Source of the DNA: a candidate division FCPU426 bacterium
Lineage (GTDB): Bacteria; Oederibacteriota; Muellerivitia; Muellerivitales; Muellerivitaceae
Direction: 5' to 3'
NCBI GenBank assembly: GCA_963771075.1
Contig: CAVYSE010000023.1
Span: 32,001 to 96,000 of the forward strand
DNA length: 64,000 nucleotides
This document shows, one piece after another, positions 20,104 to 30,641 of the stretch; the first letter of the stretch is position 1; every line of letters begins with the position of its first letter. The notes beneath the pieces were generated by a model. The model was not told the origin of the DNA and ran no database searches. It saw only the letters and a list, made by a program, of their open reading frames with translations. Position numbers and translations under genes: made by a program.

Positions 20104-20905
20104 ACGGGGTGAGGTTGGATATTCTTGGTTTGGTGGCCGCGCAAAAGAGGGATAACCCGATGGGCTTCGGAAGGAACTTTTCGACATGCTGGGAAAACCA
20201 AACCACCCGGTCATAAAGCATCATCTGGGATCGGGGGATGATCTTTCGCCTTAAAACCTTGCCGTTCAGCCACCAGCCGAAGATTCCCAACAGGTTCAAG
20301 AAGCGGCAATACTCCACTTGAAAACCAGCCCTCTCCATTTTTTGATAAAGATCCTTTCGGTCGTAACGCCGGAAATGACCGTAACTTTCATCCATTGATC
20401 CATATAAATAGGGAAGAGCCGGGACAAAAAACATCAATCGGCCGCCTGACGGGAGCAATTTATAGCATTCGGTTAAGACCTTTTGATCATCGGCGATGTG
20501 TTCCAAGACATTGACACAGATGATGCTGTCAGGTTTGAAAGAGCGTAGGTGAGAAAGGGAATGATTTAAATCGATCTTTTGATAGGAAAGATTGTCATGT
20601 TCCCTCAACCGCTTTTTTGCTGAATTCAAATAGAGTTGATTGACGTCCGTGGCCAGAACCTGGCCGTGTCGGGCCAAAAAACCGGTGATATTGCCTGTGC
20701 CACATCCGATTTCCAAGATCCGATTTCCAATATAAGGGCGCAAAATACCGTAGATCCATTGATTGTAGTTGATCGCATTGGATAGATCGTCCAGGGTTTC
20801 CCTTTGACCGTCCCACCCCCTGTCATTGGGCCTATTTTTTTTCGATTTTTGGGATTTGTGATGAAGCGGCATTCGGTTTTCGCTTTCGCCATGGCATAAA
20901 AACAA
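20090..20905 (-). CDS. class I SAM-dependent methyltransferase
   Basis: ILEIGCGTG, NVLEHI, GHFRRY. Confidence 0.88.
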   Translation of the reverse strand: MFLCHGESENRMPLHHKSQKSKKNRPNDRGWDGQRETLDDLSNAINYNQWIYGILRPYIGNRILEIGCGTGNITGFLARHGQVLATDVNQLYLNSAKKRLREHDNLSYQKIDLNHSLSHLRSFKPDSIICVNVLEHIADDQKVLTECYKLLPSGGRLMFFVPALPYLYGSMDESYGHFRRYDRKDLYQKMERAGFQVEYCRFLNLLGIFGWWLNGKVLRRKIIPRSQMMLYDRVVWFSQHVEKFLPKPIGLSLFCAATKPRISNLTPFNRR

Positions 20906-21136
20906 TTGGTTGATTGGAATGAGGCATCATAACATCGAGTGGGAATCAAGAGCCTGTTTTCCCTTTGTTTTCATTTGGAATTAAACACAAGGTTGGATTT
21001 TTAATCCCCTTTTCCTTGCGGCTTCTAGTCTTGGCCTGCGATAATTCAGGCTTCCTTTCGGGAACGGATGAATAATAGTGGCATTTTGGTCCCTGGATAG
21101 CGATAAAGTCATTTCAACACGGAGCGATTCAATCCA

Positions 21137-21910
21137 ATGAAAGCGGTCATACTCGCGGGGGGGCTGGGTACCCGCATCACGGAAGAAACCCATCTCAAAC
21201 CCAAACCCATGATTGAGATCGGCGGAAAGCCCATTCTTTGGCACATCCTGAAGATCTATTCCCACTACGGTATCAATGATTTTGTGATCTGCTGCGGTTA
21301 TAAGGGTTACCTTATCAAGGAATATTTCGCCAATTATTTTCTTCACATGTCTGACGTGACCTTCGACATGGCCCATAACAAAATGGAGGTTCACCAGCAG
21401 AAGGCGGAACCATGGCGCGTGACCTTGGTCGATACGGGGGAGGAAACCATGACCGGTGGCCGCTTGAAGAGGGTGGCTGGCTACATCCAAAAAGAAGAAT
21501 CTTTTTGCTTCACCTATGGGGATGGCGTCAGCGACGTGAATATCAAAGAACTGGTGGCCTTCCATAAAGCCCAAAAAGTAAAAGCCACCATCACCGCAAC
21601 TTTGCCTCCCGGCCGTTTCGGAGCTTTGGATATCCAGGGGGACAAGGTTCGCAGTTTCAAGGAAAAGCCAAAAGGCGACGGAGCTATGATCAATGGAGGT
21701 TTTTTTGTCCTTTCGCCATCGGTTCTTGATTTGATCCAGGATGACAAAACGCTTTGGGAAAAAGAACCCCTGGAAAAATTGGCCGAATCCAACCAACTTG
21801 CCGCATACCACCATTCTGGCTTTTGGCAGCCCATGGATACCTTGCGGGATAAGGACCATTTGGAGAAGTTATGGTCTTCCGGCAAGGCTCCCTGGAAGGT
21901 CTGGGCATGA
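21137..21910 (+). CDS. rfbF: glucose-1-phosphate cytidylyltransferase
   Basis: [31 protein letters not shown]. Confidence 0.95.
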   Translation: MKAVILAGGLGTRITEETHLKPKPMIEIGGKPILWHILKIYSHYGINDFVICCGYKGYLIKEYFANYFLHMSDVTFDMAHNKMEVHQQKAEPWRVTLVDTGEETMTGGRLKRVAGYIQKEESFCFTYGDGVSDVNIKELVAFHKAQKVKATITATLPPGRFGALDIQGDKVRSFKEKPKGDGAMINGGFFVLSPSVLDLIQDDKTLWEKEPLEKLAESNQLAAYHHSGFWQPMDTLRDKDHLEKLWSSGKAPWKVWA

Positions 21911-22986
21911 ACCCGGGTTTTTGGGCTGGTAAAAGGATATTTCTCACGGGCCATACCGGTTTTAAAGGCTCCTGGCTTTCCCTTTGGCTGCAACAGTTGG
22001 GGGCCCAGGTAACGGGTTATGCCCTTCAACCGCCCACGAATCCCAGCCTGTTTGAGAGCGCCAAGGTTGCCGAAGGCATGAAGTCCGTCTTCGGGGATAT
22101 CCGCGACTTGAGCGCCTTGAAAAAGGCCATGGGCGAGGCGAAACCTGAGATTGTGATCCATTTGGCGGCCCAGTCCTTGGTTCGGGAATCCTACAATTTT
22201 CCCGTGGAAACCTACGAGATTAACGTGATGGGGACGGTCCATCTCCTGGAGGCCGTGCGCCAAACCCCCGGGGTTAAGGCGGTGGTCGTGGTCACAACGG
22301 ACAAATGTTATGAGAACCGCGAGTGGGCCTGGGGCTATCGGGAAAATGATCCCATGGGCGGGTTTGACGTTTACAGCAACAGCAAGGGTTGCGTGGAACT
22401 GGTCTCCGCGGCTTACCGCTCTTCCTTTTTTAATCCCCAAAGCTACCAAACCCATGGGGTTGCGGTGGCCACAGCCCGAGCGGGAAATGTCATTGGGGGA
22501 GGGGATTGGGCGAAGGACCGATTGATTCCCGATATTCTCTCCGCCTTTGAGTCGGGTCGGCCTGTTTTGATCCGTTCGCCCCATTCCATCCGTCCCTGGC
22601 AGCACGCGCTTGAGCCTCTTCGGGGCTACCTGACCCTGGCTGAGAAACTTTATCTGGATGGGCCCCTCTACGCTGAGGCTTGGAATTTCGGCCCTCAAGA
22701 TGAAGATAATCTTCCGGTGGAATGGCTGGTGAAGCGTTTGGCCGAGCTTTGGGGCAAGGGCGCCCAGTGGCAAATCGACAAAGGCGAACATCCCCATGAG
22801 GCTGCATTCTTAAAGTTGGATATTTCAAAGGCCCGGACCCGGTTGAATTGGCACCCAACCCTTCGTTTGGACAAGGCCTTAAGCCTTACGGTGGATTGGG
22901 CAAAGAAAAAGGCGGAGGGTAGAGCGCCGAAAACCCTTACCTTGGAGCAGATTCAAGCCTATCAATCGCTTATCTTGGAAAACTAA
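21907..22986 (+). CDS. rfbG: CDP-glucose 4,6-dehydratase
   Basis: [35 protein letters not shown]. Confidence 0.95.
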   Translation: MNPGFWAGKRIFLTGHTGFKGSWLSLWLQQLGAQVTGYALQPPTNPSLFESAKVAEGMKSVFGDIRDLSALKKAMGEAKPEIVIHLAAQSLVRESYNFPVETYEINVMGTVHLLEAVRQTPGVKAVVVVTTDKCYENREWAWGYRENDPMGGFDVYSNSKGCVELVSAAYRSSFFNPQSYQTHGVAVATARAGNVIGGGDWAKDRLIPDILSAFESGRPVLIRSPHSIRPWQHALEPLRGYLTLAEKLYLDGPLYAEAWNFGPQDEDNLPVEWLVKRLAELWGKGAQWQIDKGEHPHEAAFLKLDISKARTRLNWHPTLRLDKALSLTVDWAKKKAEGRAPKTLTLEQIQAYQSLILEN

Positions 22987-23011
22987 ATAATATGTTTTTA
23001 TTGAGGTTCAT

Positions 23012-24334
23012 GTGACCCAACCTAGTGATGAACTGCGCGCCCAAATACTGGCACTCTCCAAGCGTTTTCACAACACCCAATGGCCCCATAAGGATTTTGT
23101 GCCGGGAGAAAACCAGGTTCCCGTAAGCGGAAAAGTTTTCGATGGCGAGGACCTGTCCAATTTGTTGGACGCCTCGCTTGATTTCTGGCTGACCACCGGC
23201 AGGTATGCCCATGAATTTGAGAGGGGCTTTGCCGAGTTCATGGGGGTCCGTTATGCGATTCTGACGAATTCGGGATCCAGCGCCAACCTGCTGGCAGTAT
23301 CATGCCTGACCTCTAAAACGCTGGGGGAGAGGCGCTTGAAACCCGGGGACGAGGTCATCACTGTCGCGGCGGGGTTTCCGACCACGGTGAACCCGATCCT
23401 GCAAAACCAATTGGTGCCTGTTTTCATAGACGTGGAGATACCGACTTATAATATCGACCCGAATCAACTAGAAGCCGCGCGAAGTCCTAAAACCCGCGCG
23501 GTTATGATGGCCCATACTTTGGGAAACCCCTTCAATGTTGAGGCAGTCCAGGCTTTTGTCAAAAAATATGACCTGTGGCTCATCGAAGATTGCTGCGACG
23601 CGGTGGGTGCCCAATATGACGGGACCAAGTGCGGGACCTTTGGCCATATCGCTACGACCAGTTTTTATCCCGCCCACCACATCACGATGGGTGAGGGCGG
23701 AGCGGTTTTGACCAGTGACTCCAAGTTGAAAAAACTTATCGAGTCATTCCGAGATTGGGGACGGGATTGTTGGTGTGAGACCGGGCATGACAATACCTGC
23801 GGCAAGCGCTTTGATTGGAAACTGGGTGACCTGCCCCAAGGTTATGACCATAAATACACCTATTCCGAAATTGGGTATAACCTCAAAGTGACGGATATGC
23901 AGGCCGCCATCGGTGTTTCCCAGCTCAAGAAATTACCGGGTTTTATCCAGAAAAGATTGGAAAATTTCGAATATTTAAGTAAAGGTCTCTCCGGCCTGGA
24001 GGACTATTTGATACTACCCGCGGCCACCCTGAATTCCCAACCCAGCTGGTTTGGTTTTCCCCTCGCGGTCAAAGAAAAGGCGCCTTTTACTAGGGAGCAA
24101 TTGATAGCCCATCTTGACCAGGCCAAGGTCCACACCCGGCTACTGTTCGCGGGTAACATGACCCGCCAACCTGCCTATAAGGGGCTCGACTTCCGAGTGG
24201 TGGGGGACCTTCCGAATTCCGATTTCGTCATGAACCGGGTTTTCTGGATCGGGGTTTATCCGGGGTTGACGAAACCCATGTTGGAATATGTCATTGCGGT
24301 TTTTACCGCTTTTATCCAAAAATTGAAGAAATAG
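23012..24334 (+). CDS. rfbH: CDP-4-keto-6-deoxyglucose 3-dehydratase (E1)
   Basis: [28 protein letters not shown] (His in place of the aminotransferase Lys), RDWGRDCWC. Confidence 0.93.
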   Translation: MTQPSDELRAQILALSKRFHNTQWPHKDFVPGENQVPVSGKVFDGEDLSNLLDASLDFWLTTGRYAHEFERGFAEFMGVRYAILTNSGSSANLLAVSCLTSKTLGERRLKPGDEVITVAAGFPTTVNPILQNQLVPVFIDVEIPTYNIDPNQLEAARSPKTRAVMMAHTLGNPFNVEAVQAFVKKYDLWLIEDCCDAVGAQYDGTKCGTFGHIATTSFYPAHHITMGEGGAVLTSDSKLKKLIESFRDWGRDCWCETGHDNTCGKRFDWKLGDLPQGYDHKYTYSEIGYNLKVTDMQAAIGVSQLKKLPGFIQKRLENFEYLSKGLSGLEDYLILPAATLNSQPSWFGFPLAVKEKAPFTREQLIAHLDQAKVHTRLLFAGNMTRQPAYKGLDFRVVGDLPNSDFVMNRVFWIGVYPGLTKPMLEYVIAVFTAFIQKLKK

Positions 24335-24366
24335 GCCGGTAAGAGACCGAGGAGCCTTTAAAAAAC

Positions 24367-26202
24367 ATGGCTAAAATTCAAAAAAACAAACAAATCAAGG
24401 TCACTGATTACATTTTCAGCCATTTAGTGAAGATCGGCGTACGGGATATCTTCATGATTTCCGGCGGGGGAGCCATGCATCTGGTGGATTCAGTGGGGAA
24501 ACAACCCGGACTGAATTACTATTGCCCCCATCATGAACAGGCGGCTGCTATCGCCGCGGAAGGCTACGCAAGGGTTTCGGGCAAGATGGGAGTTGTAGTT
24601 GTGACCAGCGGCCCGGGCGGTACCAACACCCTCACTGGGCTCATCGGCCAATGGCTTGATTCGGCGCCATGCCTTTATCTTTCCGGCCAGATCAAGCAGG
24701 AAACCTCCATCGCCTCTTTTCCCGGTTTGGGACTCCGGCAACTGGGAGACCAGGAAATCAACATTGTGGATATGGTCAAGCCCGTAACCAAATACGCTGT
24801 AATGCTCAAGGACCCCAAGACCATCCGCTACCACTTGGAAAAGGCTGTTTATTTGGCAACCCATGGCCGGCCAGGTCCTGTATGGCTGGATATGCCGTTG
24901 GATATCCAAGGTGCCATGATCGATCCGGATGACTTGCCCCCTTATGATCCTAAAGAGGACGAGTTAAGGACAGATGAGTTTGAACTTAAAGAAAAGGTTT
25001 CGAAAACCATCGAGCTACTGAAAAAAGCCCAACGGCCCGTCTTTCTCGCGGGAAACGGAATCCGCATCAGCGGGGCGCAAGACCTGTTCCTGAATCTGCT
25101 GAAGGATCTTCCCATTCCCGTTCTTTCCACCTTCAATGGATTTGATCTGATCGATTCCGAGAATCCGCAATATATAGGCAGGATCGGCACAATTGGTAAC
25201 CGGGCCGGCAATTTCGCCCTTCAAAACTCCGATCTTCTTCTCTGCGTTGGTTCCCGAAACAACATCCGGCAGATCAGCTATAACTGGAAGGCCTACGCTC
25301 GGGTGGCGAAAAAGGTAGTCGTGGATATCGATCCGGCCGAACTGAAAAAGCCCACCATCAAGCCGGACCTAGCCATTCAGGCTGACGCGAAGGCCTTTCT
25401 TTCGGAACTCCAAAAACAGTTGAAAAAATCATCCCTTCCCGAATTTTCCGATTGGTTGAAATGGACGCAAAAAAGGAAGAAACAATACCCAATCATCCAT
25501 GCGGAGCACATGAAGACCAAGGACAAGGTTGATCCCTATTATTTTTCCAAGGTATTAAGCGAATTATTGGGCCCCAAGGCCGTAGTCGTAACGGGTAACG
25601 CCACCGCGAGCGTTGCTTATTTCCAGGCGGGTGAAGTGAAGCAGGGCCAAAGGGTGATCTGGAACTCGGGCTGCGCCTCCATGGGTTTCGACCTCTCTGC
25701 CTCCATCGGCGCCTGCGTGGCGAACCATCAAAAAGATGTGGTCTGCCTCGCGGGGGAGGGAAGTCTGATGATGAATATTCAGGAACTTCAGACCGTCTCC
25801 CACCACCGGTTTCCCATTAAGCTCTTTGTCCTGAACAATAACGGTTACGTATCCATCAAGCAAACCCAGGAAAGTTTTTTCCAGGGCCACTACGTGGCCA
25901 CCGGCCCGAAGAGCGGGGTGACCTTCCCCGACATGGCCAAGATCGCCAAGGCTTTCCGCCTGCGTTATGAGCGAATCAAGGATCAAAAGGGTTTGAAAGC
26001 GAAATTGAGAAGCGTTCTCCGCAAAAAGGGACCGGTCTTGTGCGAGGTAATCCTGCCCGAATCCTATATCTTCTCGCCGAAACTTTCTTCCCAGCGCCTG
26101 CCGGACGGAAAGATGGTCTCCAAACCCTTGGAGGATATGTTCCCTTTCCTGGACCGGGAGGAGTTCAAGCGGAATATGCTGATCCCGGAATGGGAAGGAT
26201 AG
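24367..26202 (+). CDS. thiamine-diphosphate-dependent enzyme (YerE/acetolactate-synthase-like)
   Basis: HHEQAA, TSGPGGTN, GEGS...LNNNGY ThDP motif; directly follows rfbFGH. Confidence 0.88.
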   Translation: MAKIQKNKQIKVTDYIFSHLVKIGVRDIFMISGGGAMHLVDSVGKQPGLNYYCPHHEQAAAIAAEGYARVSGKMGVVVVTSGPGGTNTLTGLIGQWLDSAPCLYLSGQIKQETSIASFPGLGLRQLGDQEINIVDMVKPVTKYAVMLKDPKTIRYHLEKAVYLATHGRPGPVWLDMPLDIQGAMIDPDDLPPYDPKEDELRTDEFELKEKVSKTIELLKKAQRPVFLAGNGIRISGAQDLFLNLLKDLPIPVLSTFNGFDLIDSENPQYIGRIGTIGNRAGNFALQNSDLLLCVGSRNNIRQISYNWKAYARVAKKVVVDIDPAELKKPTIKPDLAIQADAKAFLSELQKQLKKSSLPEFSDWLKWTQKRKKQYPIIHAEHMKTKDKVDPYYFSKVLSELLGPKAVVVTGNATASVAYFQAGEVKQGQRVIWNSGCASMGFDLSASIGACVANHQKDVVCLAGEGSLMMNIQELQTVSHHRFPIKLFVLNNNGYVSIKQTQESFFQGHYVATGPKSGVTFPDMAKIAKAFRLRYERIKDQKGLKAKLRSVLRKKGPVLCEVILPESYIFSPKLSSQRLPDGKMVSKPLEDMFPFLDREEFKRNMLIPEWEG

Positions 26203-26261
26203 AACTTAGACACGCAGGCTCAAATAAGCTGAATCACTTTTAAATGTGAAGGGGTGCGACG

Positions 26262-27350
26262 ATGAGAAGCGACATATTCGAGGACCTGTTCGTGCTGGAG
26301 ATGGCCAACAACCATTGGGGCAAACTAGAGCGTGGAATGAAGATCATCACCGATTTTGCCCGGATCGTTCGCTTCAACAATGTCCGAGCTGCGATCAAAC
26401 TCCAAGTCCGGGACGTGGACCAATTCATTCACAAGGATTTTCGGAACAGCGATATCCGCTACATTAAAAAGACCCTCGATACCAAGGTTTCCATCGCGGA
26501 CCTGACCCAAATGGCCCAGGCTGTCCGGAAAAGCGGCTGCATCCCCATGGCCACACCTTTTGACGAGCATTCGGTGGACATGTGCATGGAAATGGGGATC
26601 CAAATCATCAAGGTCGCCAGTTCCGACCTCAACGATTGGGTGTTACTGGAAAAAATAGCCAAGACCAAGAAACCCGTCATCGTCTCCACGGGCGGGTCCT
26701 CCCTGAAGGACCTAGACGACCTGGTGACCTTTTTTGAGAATCGCAACATTCTTTTGGCGATCAACCATTGCGTTTCGGTCTATCCTTCCGAGGACAAGGA
26801 ATTGGAGTTGAACCAGATCGATTTCCTGAAAAACCGCTATCCGAACCATATCATTGGTTTTTCCACGCATGAGTATCACGACTGGATCTCTTCCATTATG
26901 ATGGCCTATGCGAAAGGGGCTCGGACCTTCGAGCGACACATCGACATCCAAGCCGATAACATCCCGGTTTCGCCCTATTGCTCGCTTCCCGAGCAGGCTG
27001 ACCTATGGTTTAAAGCTTACCAAAAGGCAAAGGAAATGTGCGGGGCGAGCGGGGCCTCGAAGCGCAACCCGTCGGAAAAGGAGATCACCTACTTGGACGG
27101 ACTGGTGAGGGGAATCTACGCCAAGCGCGATCTGCCTGAAGGCCATATGCTTTTGCATGAGAGGCTGGAAGAGGACATTTACCTGGCTATCCCCCTGCAA
27201 AAGGGCCAGATTTCCTGCCGGGAATTGATGAGCGGAGAGGTATTACTGAAGGCCGTCAAAAGGGATCAGCCGATCCTGATCGATTGCATCGACAGCCCTT
27301 ACAGCAATAGTCCGGACTTAAAACAAATCATATACAACCGAGGAATTTAG
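26262..27350 (+). CDS. NeuB-family (N-acetylneuraminate synthase-like) PEP-condensing enzyme
   Basis: EMANNHWG, TPFD, KVASSD, STGG, HCVSVYP, GFSTH, FERH; C-terminal SAF-like region. Confidence 0.85.
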   Translation: MRSDIFEDLFVLEMANNHWGKLERGMKIITDFARIVRFNNVRAAIKLQVRDVDQFIHKDFRNSDIRYIKKTLDTKVSIADLTQMAQAVRKSGCIPMATPFDEHSVDMCMEMGIQIIKVASSDLNDWVLLEKIAKTKKPVIVSTGGSSLKDLDDLVTFFENRNILLAINHCVSVYPSEDKELELNQIDFLKNRYPNHIIGFSTHEYHDWISSIMMAYAKGARTFERHIDIQADNIPVSPYCSLPEQADLWFKAYQKAKEMCGASGASKRNPSEKEITYLDGLVRGIYAKRDLPEGHMLLHERLEEDIYLAIPLQKGQISCRELMSGEVLLKAVKRDQPILIDCIDSPYSNSPDLKQIIYNRGI

Positions 27351-27396
27351 CCCCGCCCCAAACTCCCGTAAGAATGACTTTATTTAAAGGTGCGAA

Positions 27397-28338
27397 GTGA
27401 CGGACCCAAAATTAAACCTTTTCATCACCGGTGCGAATGGTTTCGTCGGTAAAAACATCTCGGAATATATCCGGTCGGTCTTCCCAGGCCGATACGCCGT
27501 CTTTGGACCTGCCCACCGGGAATTGGACCTGCTGGAAGCCGATAAGGTCGAGGCCTTCATGCGGGAAAACCGCATTGATCGCGTCATCCATTGCGCCAAT
27601 GTGGGGGGATCCCGAAAAACGGCTTATGATGCCGGAACCATCGATGTGGTGGAAAAGAATTTGCGAATGTTTTTCAACCTTGCGAGGTGCCTGGGTCCGG
27701 CGCGAAAAATGATCCACTTTGGGTCCGGCGCCCAATATGGCATGAAGCACTATCGGCCCGCCATGATGGAGGATTATTTTGGACTCCATGTCCCGGAGGA
27801 CTCTTACGGGTTCTCAAAGTATGTTATTTCCAACTATATCCAAAAGACCGATCGAATCCTGGAACTGAGAATTTTCGGGATGTTCGGAATATACGAGGAT
27901 TACGACTACAAATTCATTTCGAACGCCATCGTCAAGAACCTGTTCCATCTGCCTATTGTGATCAACCAAAATGTCTATTTTGATTATATGTATATCAAGG
28001 ACGCGGTGAAGTTAGTCGAGCGGTTTCTTTCAGCCGACCCGGCGCATAAGGCCTACAACTTGACTACGGGCAAGACCGTGGACCTCCTTACGATCGCGAA
28101 TACGATCAATGAGGTCTCGGATTTCAAATCCGAGATCATCGTCAAGAATTCGGGCCTGAACGTCGAATACAGCGGGGATAACCAGCGGTTGATGCGGGAA
28201 ATGAAATTCGACTTCACCTCCCTGCGGGATTCGGTGAGGGAATTGGTGGGTTACTACCGGGGAATCATGCCCCAAATCGATAGGTCGCGGATCGAGACGG
28301 ACGAATTCATCAAGTTCTGTAAAATAGTTAAAAACTAA
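27397..28338 (+). CDS. NAD-dependent epimerase/reductase (extended SDR)
   Basis: TGANGFVG, YGFSK. Confidence 0.88.
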   Translation: MTDPKLNLFITGANGFVGKNISEYIRSVFPGRYAVFGPAHRELDLLEADKVEAFMRENRIDRVIHCANVGGSRKTAYDAGTIDVVEKNLRMFFNLARCLGPARKMIHFGSGAQYGMKHYRPAMMEDYFGLHVPEDSYGFSKYVISNYIQKTDRILELRIFGMFGIYEDYDYKFISNAIVKNLFHLPIVINQNVYFDYMYIKDAVKLVERFLSADPAHKAYNLTTGKTVDLLTIANTINEVSDFKSEIIVKNSGLNVEYSGDNQRLMREMKFDFTSLRDSVRELVGYYRGIMPQIDRSRIETDEFIKFCKIVKN

Positions 28339-28361
28339 ATTATTTGGAAGGCGTTCCGGAC

Positions 28362-29714
28362 ATGCGAAGCCAGGCTTTGAGGGTGACTCGGTTTCTCGGC
28401 ATCGACCGGGCGGTGGGGTTCACCATTTTAGGTCGCGTTTGGTCCCTGGCCACCAGCGCGGTCAGCTTATGGATGATCGTGCATTTTCTGAACAAGGATG
28501 AGCAGGGCTTTTACTATACCTTTGGAAGTGTTCTGGGCCTCCAGATCTTTTTTGAGTTGGGACTCAGCTACGTCATATTACAGTACGCGAGTCACGAAAT
28601 GGCAGACCTGAAATTCAACGAACAAAGACTGGTTCAGGGCGACGCAGTCGCGAAGGCACGCCTAGCCTCCCTCCTTTGGTTCGCGATGAAATGGTACGGG
28701 GTAGTCGCATTCCTCGTTGTTTTGCTGGTCCTTCCCTCCGGTTTGTGGTTTTTCAGCAGCCATTACCCCAGCGATTTAGGAGTGGTTTGGAAGGGCCCCT
28801 GGACCATCCTCAGCTTGGCCACCGCCGCATCCTTGTTTTTGAGCCCGCTTTGGTCGATCGTGGAGGGCGTTGGCCGGGTTGCGGAAACCGCGATGATGCG
28901 AATGTGCCAGGGAATTTTCTCCACCCTGGTGATGTGGGCCGCCCTGTTTTCAGGGTGCAGGCTATACGCCTCCCCGATCTTGAGCAGTTTGAACGTCTTA
29001 TTCGCCTCCGCCTGGCTGATAGTTCGTTTCGGGCCCTTTCTATTGGACTTAATGAGGTCCCGCACTCCCGTCTATGGCGTGCGTTGGTGGGAAGAAATCT
29101 TTCCTTTTCAATGGAAGATCGCAGTGAGCTGGTTGAGCGGGTATTTCATCACCCAGCTCTATAACCCCGTCATGTTCGCCTATCACGGGGCCGCGGAAGC
29201 CGGCCGGATGGGGATGGCCCTTTCGATGTCCTCCAGCCTGTCGGGCGTAGCCTTGTCCTGGCTCTCGACCAAATCCTCCCCCTTTGGCCAGATGGTAGCC
29301 CGCAAAGACTACGAGTCCCTTGACCGGGTTTTTTTCCGCAGTTTATGGCAATCCTTAGGCTTGCTGGTGATGGCGGCGGGAGGGGTTTTCGCCATTTTGC
29401 TCTATTTAAAATACATCCATCATCCCATCGGGCTTCGGGTATTGGACCCTTTGCCATTGGCTTTCCTTTTTACGGCGACCATTATTCAGCATATTGTCAA
29501 CGCCGAAGCGGTTTACCTGAGGGCGCATAAAAAAGAGCCCTTCCTTTGGACCTCGGTCGCGGGTGGTGTCATGACCGCTTTATCCGTGTATATATTGGGC
29601 AAACCCTATGGAGCCATGGGCCTTTGCTCGGCGAATTTGGTCCTCGTGGCCATTATCGGGTTCGGGGCGGGTACCGTCATCTTCTTGAAATGCCGCCGTG
29701 AATGGCACGGTTAG
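28362..29714 (+). CDS. Wzx-like O-antigen flippase
   Basis: EQGFYYTF...FFELGL; multi-TM; ATG at 28362 preferred. Confidence 0.8.
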   Translation: MRSQALRVTRFLGIDRAVGFTILGRVWSLATSAVSLWMIVHFLNKDEQGFYYTFGSVLGLQIFFELGLSYVILQYASHEMADLKFNEQRLVQGDAVAKARLASLLWFAMKWYGVVAFLVVLLVLPSGLWFFSSHYPSDLGVVWKGPWTILSLATAASLFLSPLWSIVEGVGRVAETAMMRMCQGIFSTLVMWAALFSGCRLYASPILSSLNVLFASAWLIVRFGPFLLDLMRSRTPVYGVRWWEEIFPFQWKIAVSWLSGYFITQLYNPVMFAYHGAAEAGRMGMALSMSSSLSGVALSWLSTKSSPFGQMVARKDYESLDRVFFRSLWQSLGLLVMAAGGVFAILLYLKYIHHPIGLRVLDPLPLAFLFTATIIQHIVNAEAVYLRAHKKEPFLWTSVAGGVMTALSVYILGKPYGAMGLCSANLVLVAIIGFGAGTVIFLKCRREWHG

Positions 29715-29723
29715 GATAGTGAT

Positions 29724-30641
29724 ATGAATAAAATTTTGGTTTCCATTTGTATCCCGACTTTCAACCGTTCCCATGAGCTCGGTATGACGCTCCAAAGCCT
29801 TGTCCGGCAGAAGGGGTTTGATTCCACCGTTGAAATTGTGATCGTGGATAACGCCTCCACGGACTCAACGGAACAAACCGCGAAAAAGTTTGCCCGAAAA
29901 CACAAGAACATTCGTTATGTCCGAAATAAGACCAACATTGGTTCGGACAACAACATGGTCAAGGCGGCGATGCTGGGAAAGGGGACCTATATCAAACTGC
30001 TTAACGACAACAAGTCCTTCACGGCGGGCGCATTACAAAGGATGAAATCGATTTACAACGACGCCGAGGAATGCGTGGTGTTTTTCAAGAATGTGGGCGG
30101 GCACGGCATTACCCGAACCGCCACGGTGGATGATTTTTTGAGGGACGTGTCCATCCACTGCACTTGGCTCGCAGGGGTTTCCTTCCGCCGAGACCTTTTA
30201 CACCGGGTCGGTATCACAAAAGAGGATTATCCACCCTATATGTCGCAAACCGGGGTGATGTTGAAGTTATTGAAAGCTCGTCCGACCGCGCTGGTCGTGA
30301 GCGGACAATACATGACAGAACCAGTTGTACCGATACGAACGGGATATAATTTTTATGAGGTTTTTGGCCCTATCTATATCGGGTATTTGTCCAAACTGTT
30401 GCGAGAAAATATTATCACAAAATCCACCTTCAAAAAGATGAAGAGGGACATTCTCCATCGTGTCATCTTCCCTTTTACATTCGAAACCCTGTTTAACCGG
30501 AGGCTTAACAAATTGGGGACTGACAAGGCTCTTTATCATTTGTTTAAGAATTATAAAAAAGACTATTTGTTGTATTTGTTTCCACTTTGGGTCTTGAGAA
30601 AAATGTTGAAGGGGGGGTTTAAAAAAGCCGCCGAAGTTTAA
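29724..30641 (+). CDS. GT2 glycosyltransferase
   Basis: SICIPTFNR, VDNASTDST, NIGSDNN. Confidence 0.9.
   Translation: MNKILVSICIPTFNRSHELGMTLQSLVRQKGFDSTVEIVIVDNASTDSTEQTAKKFARKHKNIRYVRNKTNIGSDNNMVKAAMLGKGTYIKLLNDNKSFTAGALQRMKSIYNDAEECVVFFKNVGGHGITRTATVDDFLRDVSIHCTWLAGVSFRRDLLHRVGITKEDYPPYMSQTGVMLKLLKARPTALVVSGQYMTEPVVPIRTGYNFYEVFGPIYIGYLSKLLRENIITKSTFKKMKRDILHRVIFPFTFETLFNRRLNKLGTDKALYHLFKNYKKDYLLYLFPLWVLRKMLKGGFKKAAEV

Noticed and set aside
20906..21136. JUMPstart/ops element ahead of the rfb cluster
   Set aside because: No GGCGGTAG-like ops sequence found; only short generic hairpins
20981..22797. Long minus-strand ORFs (292 and 427 aa) opposite rfbF/rfbG
   Set aside because: Antisense shadows of well-conserved genes, with no motifs
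26262..27350. Canonical sialic, legionaminic or pseudaminic acid pathway
   Set aside because: No CMP-sugar synthetase, NeuC/epimerase or aminotransferase-acetyltransferase set was recognised in the window
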